A stretch of 64,000 nt of DNA from Octopus sinensis. Taxonomy: Eukaryota. The stretch is taken from NCBI RefSeq assembly GCF_006345805.1, contig NC_043007.1:73284001-73348000 (forward strand), given 5' to 3'. This document shows positions 11,516-24,602 of this stretch, in pieces. The notes under the pieces were generated by a model. The model was not told the origin of the DNA. It did not search any database and saw nothing but the letters and a program-made list of their open reading frames with translations. The position numbers were made by a program, and so were the translations under genes. Position 1 is the first letter of the stretch, and every line of letters begins with the position of its first letter.

Positions 11516-12479
11516 GAGAACAATTTTGTTTATCTCGAGTAATAATAATAATAATAATAATAAGAAGAAGAAGAAGAAGAAGAAGAATTCATACTTTGTT
11601 CTAATCGTTGACCTGCATTTATTTAACCCTAATTTGGCTTGGTATACCTGGCTGTAAATAGCTGTAAATAGGTACTATAGGATAAGCTGCAGTACTGTTG
11701 TTTAGACGAATGATATTGTAAGGTTGCAATGTGAAATTAAATTCTTCCTTAGAGAAAACTCCATGGCATAGCTACAGGATCTGCTGCATCGATCAGACGT
11801 AAAGTTTTCCCCCACTCTACCCCATATACCGGCTTATGCAGCAGACCCCAAAGAACACCTCACTCCATAAAAACATCGCCTGGGGCAGCGGGGCAGAGTG
11901 AGGGGCAGAGTATCCCATCTCTGCACCCTAGCTAACACCACTGGGAAAACTCCCTTCGTAAGACTACGAATTTATAGAGGAATGAAATTAGGGTACTGGA
12001 CTCTATCCCAAACCGGAGAGCATCACCAAGCTATGTAGATTATTGGGATCTGAAATCTTTTAATTTATTTTACTCAAGGTTAGAATTAGTGTTGCGACTT
12101 TAAGAGAAGATATAGTGACACAACAACCGAAGAAGGTTGTCGTTTCAACCTACTTCGGTCTAATACAGTTACAGAACAGTGAACCCCCCGCCCCTCTCTC
12201 TCTTTCGCTCTCTCGCTCTTCATCAGTTAGACTATTTATATATCAATCAATACTCAGAATATCACGGTACGGCAGTAGTGTCAATTTGACAATTAACATG
12301 CAAAAGAAAAATCTAGGTAACACACACAAGAGCGTCGTCCGAATGAATACGTACATACATACATACATACATACACACGCACACACACACACACACCACA
12401 CACACACACACATTTCTAATGTTGCTGTAAAAGTATTTGGGGCTTATTACTTTAAAGCTATTAGAAATAATAAATATAT

Positions 12480-13900
12480 TTAACAAGCGAACAATAGTGA
12501 CTTCGACCTTGTTGCACTGAAGCTGAATAAATAAGTGATTGAAAATGCGGTCCATCGGTTATGAAACACGCATCTTGTTATGTTATTCCAAAGTGGATTT
12601 AGATCAAGGCGAGAAATATTTTCTTTTGCAGAATTAATTCACATTACTATTCTATGGTGGCTTGCGTAAAGAAATAAATTCTTCAGTCTATATTTTACTT
12701 CTTTTTTTTTTTTTCAGTTTTATAATAAATGGATGGGACGGGAAAAGAAATCGTGCGTGTATTTTATGTGTGCGAGGGTGCATGCACGTATGTGTCTGAA
12801 TGTATGTGAATATCTATGTGTATGTGTTTTGTGTGTGCGTGTATGTCTGTGAGCGTGAGTCTGAGTATGTAAATAGGTTTACGTATGTGAATGTGTGCGC
12901 GTGTGTGTATGTGCATGTCTGCTTGTGAACATGTATGTGTTTGTCATAATGCGTTCGCGCGTATGTGAGTGTATTTGAATATGAATGTGTGCATGTACGT
13001 GTGTATGTGTGTGTGCGCGTATACCTGTGTACGCTCCTAAAAATATAAACTCACTGGATCGTAAACAAATTGTTTCTTTCTAACAAATATAGTTTTATTT
13101 TACAGTTACCAATATACTTTATTTTTGTTATATTTTAATCGATATTATAATAAAAAAAATACCGAAGATTGTCTTGGAAAACTCGGCAAAAAATGTCAAT
13201 ACCATGTCTGTTAAAATGACAGGGTGAGGTTGGAGCAGAAAAGAAAATAAAAATACACATTCAAAGCAAAAATATTCAATTTCAAAGCCAAAGTGAAAGA
13301 AAATAGAGCATAACAAGATGTGCAATTTTTTTAGAGAGGTGCAGTAAAGTAAAAATATTTGTAGGCCATGTAAAAACTGCAATGCGACAGTTGAAAGTGC
13401 AATGTCAGAGAATGGCGGGAGAGAGGGAGAGCAAGAGGGTAAGAGTGTGAAAGAAAGAGGGGAGAGATGGAGTGAGAGAGAGAGAAGGAGTGAGAGTAAG
13501 AGTGAGAGAGAGAGAGAGTAAATTAAAGAGAGAAAAAGTAAGAAAGAAAGAGGGGACACGGAAAGAAAGGAACACTCAGATATACCGATAAACAGAGAGC
13601 ACGAGCGGCCTCTTGAGCTTAAAACATTCAACACTCCTTCCCTTCTCTTGTTCTTTATACAAGCCCTCGCCTGCACACAAACACGCTCTCTCTTTCTCGC
13701 CCCCTCTCTCTCTCTTTCTCTTCTCTCGTCCTCCCCTCTCTCGTCCTCCCCTCTCTCTCTCTGTTACACATACATACGTGTATATTGTGCGAATGCGTAT
13801 TTGCATGCGCGTGTGTGCGCGCGCATATGTGTTTGTGTGTGTAATTACTATTATTATTGGCCGCCGGTTTCGGTCCCGTTTTCCGTGGCTGGATCACCAC
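12480..13900. promoter_or_regulatory. CpG-rich, GA/CT-rich promoter and 5'-exon-like region; transcribed strand ambiguous
   Basis: CpG-rich relative to flanks; minus-strand donor TTG|gtaact at 13110; alternative plus-strand exon 13106-13223 (ttttattttacag ... accATG-TCT-GTT-AAA-ATG-ACA-GG|gtgagg). Confidence 0.45.
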
Positions 13901-16130
13901 AATGTATAGTGACATCTGTTTGATATATTGGGTGAATAGTTTCCCATTGGAACCATTCAATATCATGCACTCAGTCTGTTAAGTTTGTCCCCTCTTCTCT
14001 CGGCTTTAGAGCCACTACTGCGGAAACTGGAAGCGTTGAGAGGCATCCCGCACGAATTAGAAAGTGGAAGAACCGTGTCGGCATATGCAGATGACTTCAC
14101 TGTGATAGTGTTGAACACTAGACACATAGACCTTGTCGGCAAAAATTAACCAAGAAATGTCAGCAAGCCTGCATCTCAACACCTGGAGGGGTAGTCAATG
14201 CTATACAATACCGTTGTGGGATGCTAGACAGAGGGACTGGTTAAATTGCTTAGGGTGTGGTTTGCTCCAAATTTCCAGATGTAAAAGAACTGGGTCTAGA
14301 TGACAAGCAGGGTGAACAATCTCGCCTGGAAGTGAGCTGAGAGAAAGCTACCCTGAACGGTCAGGCAGATGTGACAAATGCTTACATCACCTCCATTATA
14401 TATTACCCATTTCTTTACTACCCACAAGGGGCTAAACACAGAGGGGACAAACAAGGACAGACAAACGGATTAAGTCGATTACATCGACCCCAGTGCGTAA
14501 CTGGTACTTATTTAATCAACCCCGAAAGGATGAAAGGCAAAGTCAACCTTGGCGGAATTTGAACTCAGAACGTAGCGGCAGACGAAATACTGCTAAACAT
14601 TTCGCCAGGTGTGCTAACATTTCTGCCAGCTCGCCTCCACTATATATTACCTATTTCTTTACTACCCACAAGGAGCTAAACACAGAGAGGACAAACAAGG
14701 ACAGACAAACGGATTAAGTCTATTATATCGACCCCAGTGCGTAACTGGTACTTATTTAATCGACCCTGAAAGGATGAAAGGCAAAGTCGACCTCGGCGGA
14801 ATTTGAACTCAGAACAAAATGGCAGACGAAATACCGCTAAGCATTTCGCCCGGCGTGCTAACAATTCTGCCAGTACCACCTGACTGTTGTGCCTTGCCTC
14901 AGTTTACATCTGATCAACCAAATTGGAGAGCCATACTCTTCCACTTTCTGTGGTAGGGACATGTTCCATTGTCAGGTACTCCATTTACTGAATGGAGGGC
15001 TGGACATGCAGTGGCTGCTGATGCGCAGACATGCACTGAGGCTATGACATACACAGTGCTTCCTTGATGGTGAGGAGGTGTTCTCACTGTTTGTTAGAGA
15101 GGAATTTCTACAGCTCATCACTTTCACTGATCACTTTACAGTGTGTATTGGGCGTTTTTCTCATTCAACCAGCACTAGTGGGGTCGCCTGCAGCTTGCAA
15201 ACCTATGAAATCCAAGAGGCGGGGTTTTAATGCTAGCAGATATGGATCAAAGTAAGAAAGAAGAGGGAGGTAAGACAGAGTAAGTAAAAGAACTATATGG
15301 CCACTCACATATAGAAGAAGTTAAAAATGAATCAAGCATAGACTGAGGCAGGGTATCTGACATCTAGAGTGTTGTCAATAGAAGTTCTACTTTGACATTC
15401 TACAAAGGGTTAATAGTGGGAAAGTGCAATGATGCTTTTGGAGGGATTCTGGGCATTGATGAAAATCAACTAGCTAGTCTGTTCTGGAGAACTTTTTGGG
15501 CCAGGGTTTATGGATAATTTCCAGAAATCCTTGGCCTGGCAGTGCTACAGGATAAATTGTACAAACATGGAAGTGCTGCCAGCCAGGCTTGCCCAAGGTG
15601 CATGTAGAGCAACAAAACTAAACTGCATGCTTTCATTCAGTACACAAGCATTGCTGACTTCTGGGTTTATGGTGAACACCTGTTGTCACGTGTAGGACAG
15701 CAGTTATCAGCTAAGTCCATTGTGAAAATTGTCCTGCCACCTTCCTTTGGCTTGGAAGGGTAGGTAGTGTCTCTTTTTTTGGTGGCCTTAGTAATAGAGG
15801 TTGTGCGGTGGACTGAATTGAAAGGGCTGTAAACAGATACTTTCCTCTGTGGCCAAGCCTTTCAAGTTTCAATTGAAAAGGAAAGTGTAGGCAGAGAGGG
15901 AAGCGCTGCTTCCCATCAATTTTGTTAAAAGGTGAGTGAATGTTGCAAGAACGGTCCAAGTGAATGGGCCTACACTAAGCATGTACCTGTAGGTTGAAGG
16001 AGGACAGTGTGGGGAGGGCACCTGCTCTAGTGATCAGGACAACCATGGGTTTGTAGGGTCTCCCCAAACAGTCCTAGAAAGTTTGTGTGTGCGTGCGTGT
16101 GTGTGTGTGTGTGCTTTTGTATAGTTAATC
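13890..16130 (+). mobile_element. Decayed Tx1/L1-clade LINE, interrupted by SINEs
   Basis: ALEPLLRKLEALRGIPHELESGRTVSAYADDFTVIV (YADD within 14081-14095); C-terminus VNVARTVQVNGPTLSMYL* near 15940-15995. Confidence 0.7.
14402..14880 (-). mobile_element. Two head-to-tail young S1 SINE copies
   Basis: Two near-identical 230-240 bp copies, each preceded by tatattac. Confidence 0.9.
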
Positions 16131-17399
16131 AGCAGGAAATCATCAAAGTGACTCAAGACCATGATGAGGGCTGTGCATGAAACTCTTGGCACTTGAATCA
16201 TTTTTGTAACTTTTTGTTGATTAAAAATAAAAGCATATATATATATTCATGTATTGTTTTATCTCTCCTGTTTGTTTCAGCAAGCCTGTATGTATGCATG
16301 CATGTGTGTGTATATATGTTCATATATACATATGAGTTTGTATGTATGTGTGTGTCATCATCATCATCATCATCACCATTTAATGTCCATCTTCCATGCT
16401 GGCATAATCGATGTTTGACAAGATTTGATGGGTCCAGGGATTGCATTGTGCTCCAATGTCTACTTTGGCATGTTTTCTACAGCTCGGTTCCCTTCCTAAC
16501 ATTGACCACTTTACAGTGTGTACTGGGCGCTTTTCTCATTCAACCAGCACTAGTGAGGTCGCCTGCAGCTTGCAAACCTATGAAATCCAAGAGGAGGGGC
16601 TTTAATGCTAGCAGATATGGATCAATGTAAGAAAGAAGAGGGAGGTAGGACAGAGTAAGTAAAAGAACTATGTGGCCACTCACATTTAGAAGAGAGTGAA
16701 AGATGAATTAGTAAAAGCCACCAAGAGACAAATGATGGTGATGAGGTACCCAAGTGGCATCACAGAGTATGAGATGAGTAGATGCAAGTGGGGACAGAGT
16801 AAGTAGGAGCGGGTGGGGGTGTAAGAGTGTATGCAGGGGAAGAGAGAGGAAAGGCAGGCAACACTCATAAAGATTAGGTGGGGGTTGAAAGGTCAATGCA
16901 GGTGTGCAGATTGTCAAATTGGGGGGGTAGAGGGATGCAAGAAGAGACCAGTATCAGGATAGTAATGATGATTCAGTTGATTTAGAATGGGAGAAGAGAA
17001 GAAGAAAAAAACGATGTGTTTCTGTAGAGTACAGGAGATAAGGAGAGAAAGATTCAGGCATAGAGCATGAGGATAGAATTTGGTGATCCAGTGAAGAATA
17101 GAGATCAATGGGGCATCTGGATGTAGAGGACAATATTAATGGATAAGAGAGTAAGGGATTATGAGAAGTGGGGTAGGCAGCTGCAGTGGGAGAGATATAA
17201 GGGGGAAATTGGGTAAGGTACCTGAAGTGACCATTTGTGCACTTATGTAATATGTACACTGACATACTTCCAGAAATCAGTTTCACAAAAGTGGGTGGGT
17301 CTTCTTGAGGGCTGCATATCGCCAGACATCTCTTTATTATCTCCTCTGTGAAGCTCGGGATCCTGAAGTTAGCCTTCACTACTTGCTCAAGGAGCTGTG

Positions 17400-18780
17400 G
17401 TTAGCCTTTACCACTTCATCTCATGTCTTCCTGAATCTTCCTCTCCCACAGGTTCCAGACACTTTAAGCAATTGACACTTTTTTTTATACCGCTGCCTCA
17501 TTCATGCACACCCCATGTCCATACCAGCACTGTCTTCTTTCTTGAACACAACATCTGATTTCTCTTATTCCCAGGTTTTCACTCAGTAACTTTGTACTAA
17601 TTCTTTCACACAAACACACACACTCATATTGCACATCCAGTGAAGCATGCTCACTTCATTTCTTTCTAGTTTTCTCAAGTCCTCTGCATTCAAAGTCCAT
17701 GTCTCACTGCCACATTAAGCAAAAGACACTTCTTTATACAGCTGTCCTCATGCATATGCATTATATGTCCAATACTAGCACGGTTTTCTTACTTGCACAC
17801 TACATCTGATTCCGTTTATGCCTAGTTGTTCTCTCAGCACATTTGTACTATTTTTCATGCACACTCACATTGCACATCCAACGGAACATGGTCATTAAAT
17901 TTTTTTCTAGTTTACTCAAGTCCTCTGCATTCAAGGCCCATATCTCACCACCGTGCAGATTTACAGCTTTAATACAAGTATTATACAATCTATCCTTCAC
18001 TCTGAGGGAATATATCTTTGTTGTCAGCAGTGGTAGTAGCTCCCTAAACTTTCTCCAACCTTTTCTTTGCCTGGCTGCTATACATTCTGAGCAACTACCT
18101 TCCTTGCTAATTACATCCCCTAGGTAACAATCCTAATCTCCTCATGTCTCCGATCCTCACATTACAAGACATGTGAAATCTCTTCCTTTCTGCCTCATCC
18201 TTGGCCAAATATATCTGTCTCCACACTATCTTCTAGCCCAGTGGTTCCGAAACTATGAGTCGCGACCCACAGATGGGTCGTAAATGGAATCTTAGTGGGT
18301 CGCAAAAAGATATAAAATTACGCATTAGCTTTGATTAACTGCTGTCTATCGAGATACTCGGTCGAGTTAAGTGGGTCGTCATAAACTGGTGTGATAAATA
18401 GTGGGTCATGACTCTAAAAAGTTTGGGAACCACTGTTCTAGCCATTTGGTAATTCTCCCTACTATCACCTTCCTTCCAGGTTTTCCATGTCTGTCTCTTA
18501 GTCTTTACTACTTTGTCAACTGTATCATTCCACCACCATGTGACTTTCAACTCGGTCAGGACATAGTTCCATCCATGTCCATGGGAACTTCTATATGCCA
18601 ACGATCTGGTTCTCATAGAGGGGAATAAGAAAGGGAATTCTAGGTATAGAAGTAAACTTAAGATCAAAAGACTTCGAGGTAAACTCAGCAAAGACTAAGG
18701 TTTTAGTAAGTAGAAAAGAAGACAGGGTCTTAGTATGTTCAGGGAAATGGAGAGCTTGGGAGCAGAAAATCAAGTAGCAC
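17400..18780 (-). mobile_element. RTE LINE remnants (mixed orientation)
   Basis: Minus: GTCGRGRFRKT.DEVVK and WWWNDTVDKVVKTKRQTWKTWK; plus: FEVNSAKTKVLVSRK at about 18670-18715. Confidence 0.7.
18239..18435. mobile_element. hAT (Charlie-type) MITE, 197 bp
   Basis: TIRs cagtggttccgaaact / agtttgggaaccactg; exact 8-bp TSD ttctagcc at 18231-18238 and 18436-18443. Confidence 0.92.
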
Positions 18781-18851
18781 AATCAATTTGAATCACAAAA
18801 ATAGCCATTCTGAAAGACTTGTATTGAAGTGAACATAGAAGAGCATACCTA

Positions 18852-19018
18852 TACAAGTGTGCCCCCATTGATTTTGTTTCCTCATAACTTCCAGAAAAAT
18901 GGATATTTTTTCATGAATTTTTTTGCGAAAATGCTTCAGATGATGTAGATTCTGGTTACATTAGAATTTCTGGACATTATGTGGGAAACAAATTCAAGGG
19001 TGGGGGGGCACATTTGTA
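18852..19018. mobile_element. Tc1/mariner-type MITE
   Basis: Terminal inverted repeats tacaagtgtgccccc / gggggcacatttgta with TA ends. Confidence 0.7.
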
Positions 19019-20029
19019 GAGGAAATACTTACAGGAATAAGTATAAACTTTTAGGTTTTATTTGATTGACCATCCTGTTTATCTTTGACACAATATAGCC
19101 AGTTTTCTTGTTGACCCACATACTCAAGAGCTGTTGATCTATGTTAATCATTACATCAAATCTATGGTAATAAATAAATAAATAAATAATGCCCAAGCTT
19201 TTGATGTCAGGAGCTGATTGAGGACTTGACCTAATTTTATCTTTATTTGTACACATTGTGCCTATTGTAAATTTTACAAGCTTTTAAAGATATTTTTAAT
19301 ATGATTGAGTTTAAAACCTCTTCAAAACAGTAAGTTTAACATAAAATGTAAACAACATGAGATACTTTCACTTATTCAATAGAAAAGAATAAAAGAATAC
19401 ATACATATATATATATGTGTATGTACATATATATATATATATGTGTGTGTGTATATATGTATAAATATATATATGTATTATATATATGTATTTATATGTA
19501 TATGCATATATATATATATATATACATGTATGTATGTATGTATATATATTACCTATCATTTGAAACATCTAAATTACCCTGCATATACTCACATACATAC
19601 ACACACACATGCATGTGCGCGTGCATGAATGTGTGTGTGTGTGTGACTGTAGACAGGGTAATGTAGAAAATGCTTTTAAAAGATAAATAAACTGTTTATT
19701 TTTAAATTTGTTTCATTTTTGTTTTTATGTATTTTGTTTCATGTATTTTATCCAGTAATTTTATTCCTGTATAACTGCTTCTCTCTAAGGCATCACCTTT
19801 AAATTTGCAGCAGTTTATGATAATACTGCTACACCACTCATTGGGTATGACATCTTGAATAACCTGATTAACTATCTAAGCAGTAATCCTGAACCCTACC
19901 TCACTGGATATTTTGAGCAGCTCCACGATTATCCCTGATGGACTGGCAGCTTTTATTTATGTATTTTATGTATTTGTATTCATGCCAAATAGGTCAACTA
20001 CTGACAGGTTCCTGGCTCTGAGTGTGTGT

Positions 20030-20332
20030 GGAGGCACATAGCCTAGTGGTTAGAACAGCGGACTCGCGGTCGAGGGATCACGGGTTCGAATCTCAGACCG
20101 GGTGATGTGTGTGTTTATGAGCGAAACACCTCAGCTCCACGCAGCTCCGGCAGAAGGTAATGGCGAACTTCTGCTGACTCTTTCGCCACAACTTTCTCTC
20201 ACTCTTTCCTCCTACATCTTGCAGCTCACCAGCGACAGACCAGCGTCTCGTCCAGGTGGGGAACCTATACTCCAAGGAAACTGGGAAACCGGCCCTTATG
20301 AGCCAGGCATGGCTCGAGAAGGAACAACAACT
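20030..20332 (+). mobile_element. tRNA-derived SINE, family S4
   Basis: Head tagcctagtggttag...gggttcgaatc; body matches 60544-60835. Confidence 0.85.
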
Positions 20333-20429
20333 CTGAGTGTACTTATTGAATACAGGTAGAGTCTTTGGCAGGAGCTGCTTGCAACTTACGTCAACCTTAT
20401 GTTCAGATTGGGGGCTCAACATCTGACTT

Positions 20430-21400
20430 TTACCAAGTTAGATCTGGAATCCTTCAGGGTTGTGTCTTGTCTCTCTGTTCAATGCCTACATGGACTGGAT
20501 TTTTGACTGAATGATGGCTCAATCAAGTTGTGGGGCACTCATTGGTGATTTTGATGTGGATTTTGCTGATGATACAGGTAATCTTACTGAGTCTCTGGAT
20601 GTCTTAAAGAGTGCTCTCCTTTAACTAAGTGAGGAAGTGAAACCACTTGGCCTTAAAGTTTCTTGGATCAAGACAAAGATCTGGTCTTTTGTTGGCTTCC
20701 TGAGGGGTTCCATCTCATCTGTCTCTGTTGGAGATGAGAACGTTGAAATTGCTGACAACTTCACTAATCTCAGCAGTGTGACCCTGTGAGTCTGAAGTCT
20801 TAAGAAGGCTTACACATGCTGGTGCAGTGCAGTAGTGGACTCTCTGGACATGGGTATTTGGCATTGCTGATATCTGAGCAGAAGGACAAAGGTTTGGGTT
20901 TTCAGGTCCCTGGATCATCTCCTTGTCTTACTCTACAGTTGTGAGATCTGGACACTGTCTGAAGCCCTTAGGAGCAACCCCTTTGATACCAGACCACTTT
21001 GCAGGAGTATGGACAACTATTGGTTGGATTTCAAGGCAACCAACTACTATACTCAGAAATTGGGATGTATCATGTTACTTGTATGATTTAGGAGTGTCAG
21101 CTTAGACTATTTGGTCATGTTGCTTAATTTTCTAAGTTGGACCTTGGGTATCATGTTCTCTTCTCTCAGGATCTGGATGGGGCAACAGCTTATATTGGTC
21201 AGCTACATGTCACATAGTCATGGCAGCTGCAAAAGTATGTCACAGAGATGGGAACTGACTAGGACACTGCTGGGAAGACCCAAGCAGATACCAACAAATG
21301 AAAGATACAGCGATGTGCTGCAGCAGCATATGGCCTCATACTTAACCTACATTTTTAATGTGGCTAAATATCTTGCTTTTCAACCACATGTATTTGGGTT
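20430..21400 (+). mobile_element. Decayed RTE-clade LINE RT/3' fragment
   Basis: LFNAYMDWI, DVDFADD (20553-20573), KVSWIKTKI, LLYSCEIWTL motifs with stops and frameshifts. Confidence 0.75.
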
Positions 21401-21561
21401 CAGTTCCCTCCTGTGACACCACAGGCAGCTGTCTTCTACTATGGCCATGGGCCACCCACAGCTTTGTGAGTGGTTTTGGTAGATGGAAACTGAAAGAAGA
21501 TCATTATATAAATATATAAATGTATATATACATTATGTATATATATGTGTGTGTATGTGTT

Positions 21562-21608
<47 letters not shown>

Positions 21609-21635
21609 ATATACATATAAATGTCTGTATGAGTG

Positions 21636-21676
<41 letters not shown>

Positions 21677-22544
21677 ATGTATATGCATATGCATGTATGT
21701 GTGCATTGGTATCTCCTCGTCTTGACGTCTAGTGATACTTGTAAATGATTATCACTGTCACACAAGCAATGACTTTCATTTCCAATATTCTGTGAAGATA
21801 TATCTTATCAGAGGAAATGTTATCTTACATAAAACAGGTGTGGGATGGCAATAGGAAGGGTATCTGTCTGACCAGTGCAAGCATGGAAAAGTGGATGCTA
21901 AATAATGGTGATATTGTTTTATTCATTTTATAAAAATGTTATCAATATGAGAGACAATTCAAGGCAGTGGGTTGGAGAATTATTAGAATACTTATAGGTA
22001 TTTTGTCTGACTTCATGTTCTGAGTTTAAATTCCACCAAGGTTGACATTGCCTTTCATTCTTTCAGGATCAATAAAATAAGTACCAGTTAAACACTGGGG
22101 GTTATGCAATCAGTTTACTGCCTCCTCTGAACTTGCTGGCCTTGTATCAATATTTGAAATCAGAGAGATAGTATATAGTCCTTAAAATGGCAGAGTATAA
22201 CATTTATCCAGTTCAGTTGTCCTAACAAATTGATTGTTACTCTTGAGGCATGTTCGGGCAGTTGGCAGTATTGATGGCAAGCAATTAGGGTTGCTATCCT
22301 GGAATCCCTGGGCTGTAGACTTGAATGAAGGGGTTTACAGAAAGTGGAATGGGATGAGGGGTTAATGAATGCATTATGAGATGGGTCAAAGCTATAGGGA
22401 GGAAGAGTCAGTTGTGAAAGGGAACAGATGAAGGTGAAAATTTAGCTGGTATACATAAATGCTAAAACAAATTTTGAATCAATCCCATGCACCAACATAC
22501 ACATTCACATGTATGCATGTGTGTGTGAGTGTATCTATCTCTCT

Positions 22545-22545
22545 A

Positions 22546-22577
<32 letters not shown>

Positions 22578-23070
22578 CCTACCTACCTACCTACCTACCT
22601 AGATAGGTAGCTAGGTTGTTTGGTAGATAGATAGATAGATAGAAAGATAGATAGATAGATAGCTAGATAGATAGATATGTTTCTTTATTAGCCACACAGT
22701 GCTGAATGCAGAGGGGACAAATTACAAAGTTGAGATTTTCTTTTTGGGGAGGAAAAAAATATAAAATAAAAAGGGGGGGTAGGTTTTTGATCAAAGGGAT
22801 CGTAAAAAGAAAGAAAAAAAAACGATCAATAGGGATCGTGTATCACAGAAATGTCATGATGTAAAGTGTAAAGGGAGAAACAGATATGGTTTATCTGTGG
22901 AAAGAAAAGCCTACAGAAAAGATCACGGTAACCTCGGTCAATAATGTCACATGTTAATACATTTACTTGCAAGTAAGTAACTCTCTGTTTTAAATTTTTC
23001 CGGGTTCATAGGATTATGCTCAAGGTGGCTTCATCATTCATACGTGCCAGATAGATAGATAGATGGATAA

Positions 23071-23149
<79 letters not shown>

Positions 23150-23240
23150 GTAGGTAAGTAGGTAGATAGATAGATAGATATAGATAGATAGATAGATAGT
23201 TAGATAGATAGATAGGTAGGTAGGTACATAGGTAGGCAGG

Positions 23241-23275
<35 letters not shown>

Positions 23276-23340
23276 ATAGATAGGTAGACAGATAACTGGA
23301 TAGATGGATGGATAGATAGATGTCTATCTCTCTCTCTATA
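22545..23340. repeat. (GATA)n/(GGTA)n microsatellite split by a LINE 3' fragment
   Basis: Direct reading of the sequence. Confidence 0.95.
22677..23050 (-). mobile_element. 3' end of Tx1-like LINE inserted in (GATA)n
   Basis: Minus strand begins [13 protein letters not shown] (like the Tx1 C-terminus at about 15.95 kb); ends gtcccctctgcattcagcactgtgtggctaataaagaaa. Confidence 0.55.
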
Positions 23341-24602
23341 TATATATATACATGCATGCGTGAATCTGAGAGGGGACTATGTTGAATAAAATCATAATTA
23401 ACTGATCCTCCTGTATTTTCTTTTACTCAAACCCAAGAACTTTTCATCACCCCCTCAAGTGTGTGTGTGTGTATATACATATCCATTAGTTTCAACTAAA
23501 ATGAGAGAAAGTACTCAGTGCCATAGTAGAGTGAAAGAGTTTATTTAGGACGATTCAATGACCCATTACACTGGAGTTTCTCCACCGATGTTTTGTAATT
23601 TCCTGAGACAGAAATAGTCTGTTCCTGTCTGAAGAACTGGTAACACACTGGAAAGTTTCCAAAATAATTGGCCATTGGATCAGCTTTAAAAAAACTCATT
23701 GTTTTTCTCTGTATATGTGGGTGTGAATGTATGTATGTATCCATCTATCTGTCTATCTGCCTGTTATCTTTTTCATTTTCTTGTTTCAGTAAGTACACTG
23801 TGGCCATGCCAAGCTGTTGCCTTGAGGAATTTTTCATTTGAATGAATTGACTCCAGTCCTTTTTAAACCTAGTTCTTACTCCCATAGCATTTCTCTTTAG
23901 TCATAAGGTACTCTCAAGTACAGCTCTCAAAATTGTTTTTTATTAAGTCTCACTACCACCAAGGAACTTTCTTGGTAGAAACACATCCTTAACATAGTTT
24001 AGACTGCATTGTTTGGCCTTACTCTATAGTGCTGGAGGTCTCCAACGATTATTGACATTCTCACAAATCTCAGTTGAGGTCCACTGTGGAATATTGTTGT
24101 CATACCTGGGACATAGCTGCTGTTGAACATCCATGAATGGGTCAGTTGAGTGATTGGCACAAAGTCACTCACAGACATGCTCCAACTGCTAATCTATAGG
24201 TGCATTGTCTATTCTCACTGCTATTATATGTTTCTTTATTACCCACAAGGGGCTAAACATGGAGGGGACAAACAAGGACAGACAAATGAATTAAGTTGAT
24301 TACATCGACCCCAGTGCATAACTGGTACTTAATTTATAGACTCCGAAAGGATGAAAGACAAAGTCGACCTCGGCAGAATGACATCTGTTCTCTTGAGTTG
24401 GCTAGGATCATGCCATCTCTACTCGTCACTCTTGTTGTATCCCCCACCCCCATACCAACAGCAAACTCCTCATACTTTCAGAGATGCAAGAGCAACACTT
24501 ATTGCATCAATCTCACTGGTTTAGGAGGGCCTGCAAAGTGCATGTGCACAGACACACACACACACATGGGTATGTTGGCACAGAATGGACGAAGGGTTAA
24601 CG

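Noticed and set aside
13128-13676. 182-aa hydrophobic minus-strand ORF
   Set aside because: Its middle is (CT)n low-complexity and the rest is T-rich UTR-like sequence; no family motif.
20030-20100. tRNA-like sequence
   Set aside because: It continues into a SINE body repeated at 60544 and has no proper acceptor stem, so it is not a tRNA gene. The same applies to heads at 8240-8310, 32670 and 57985.
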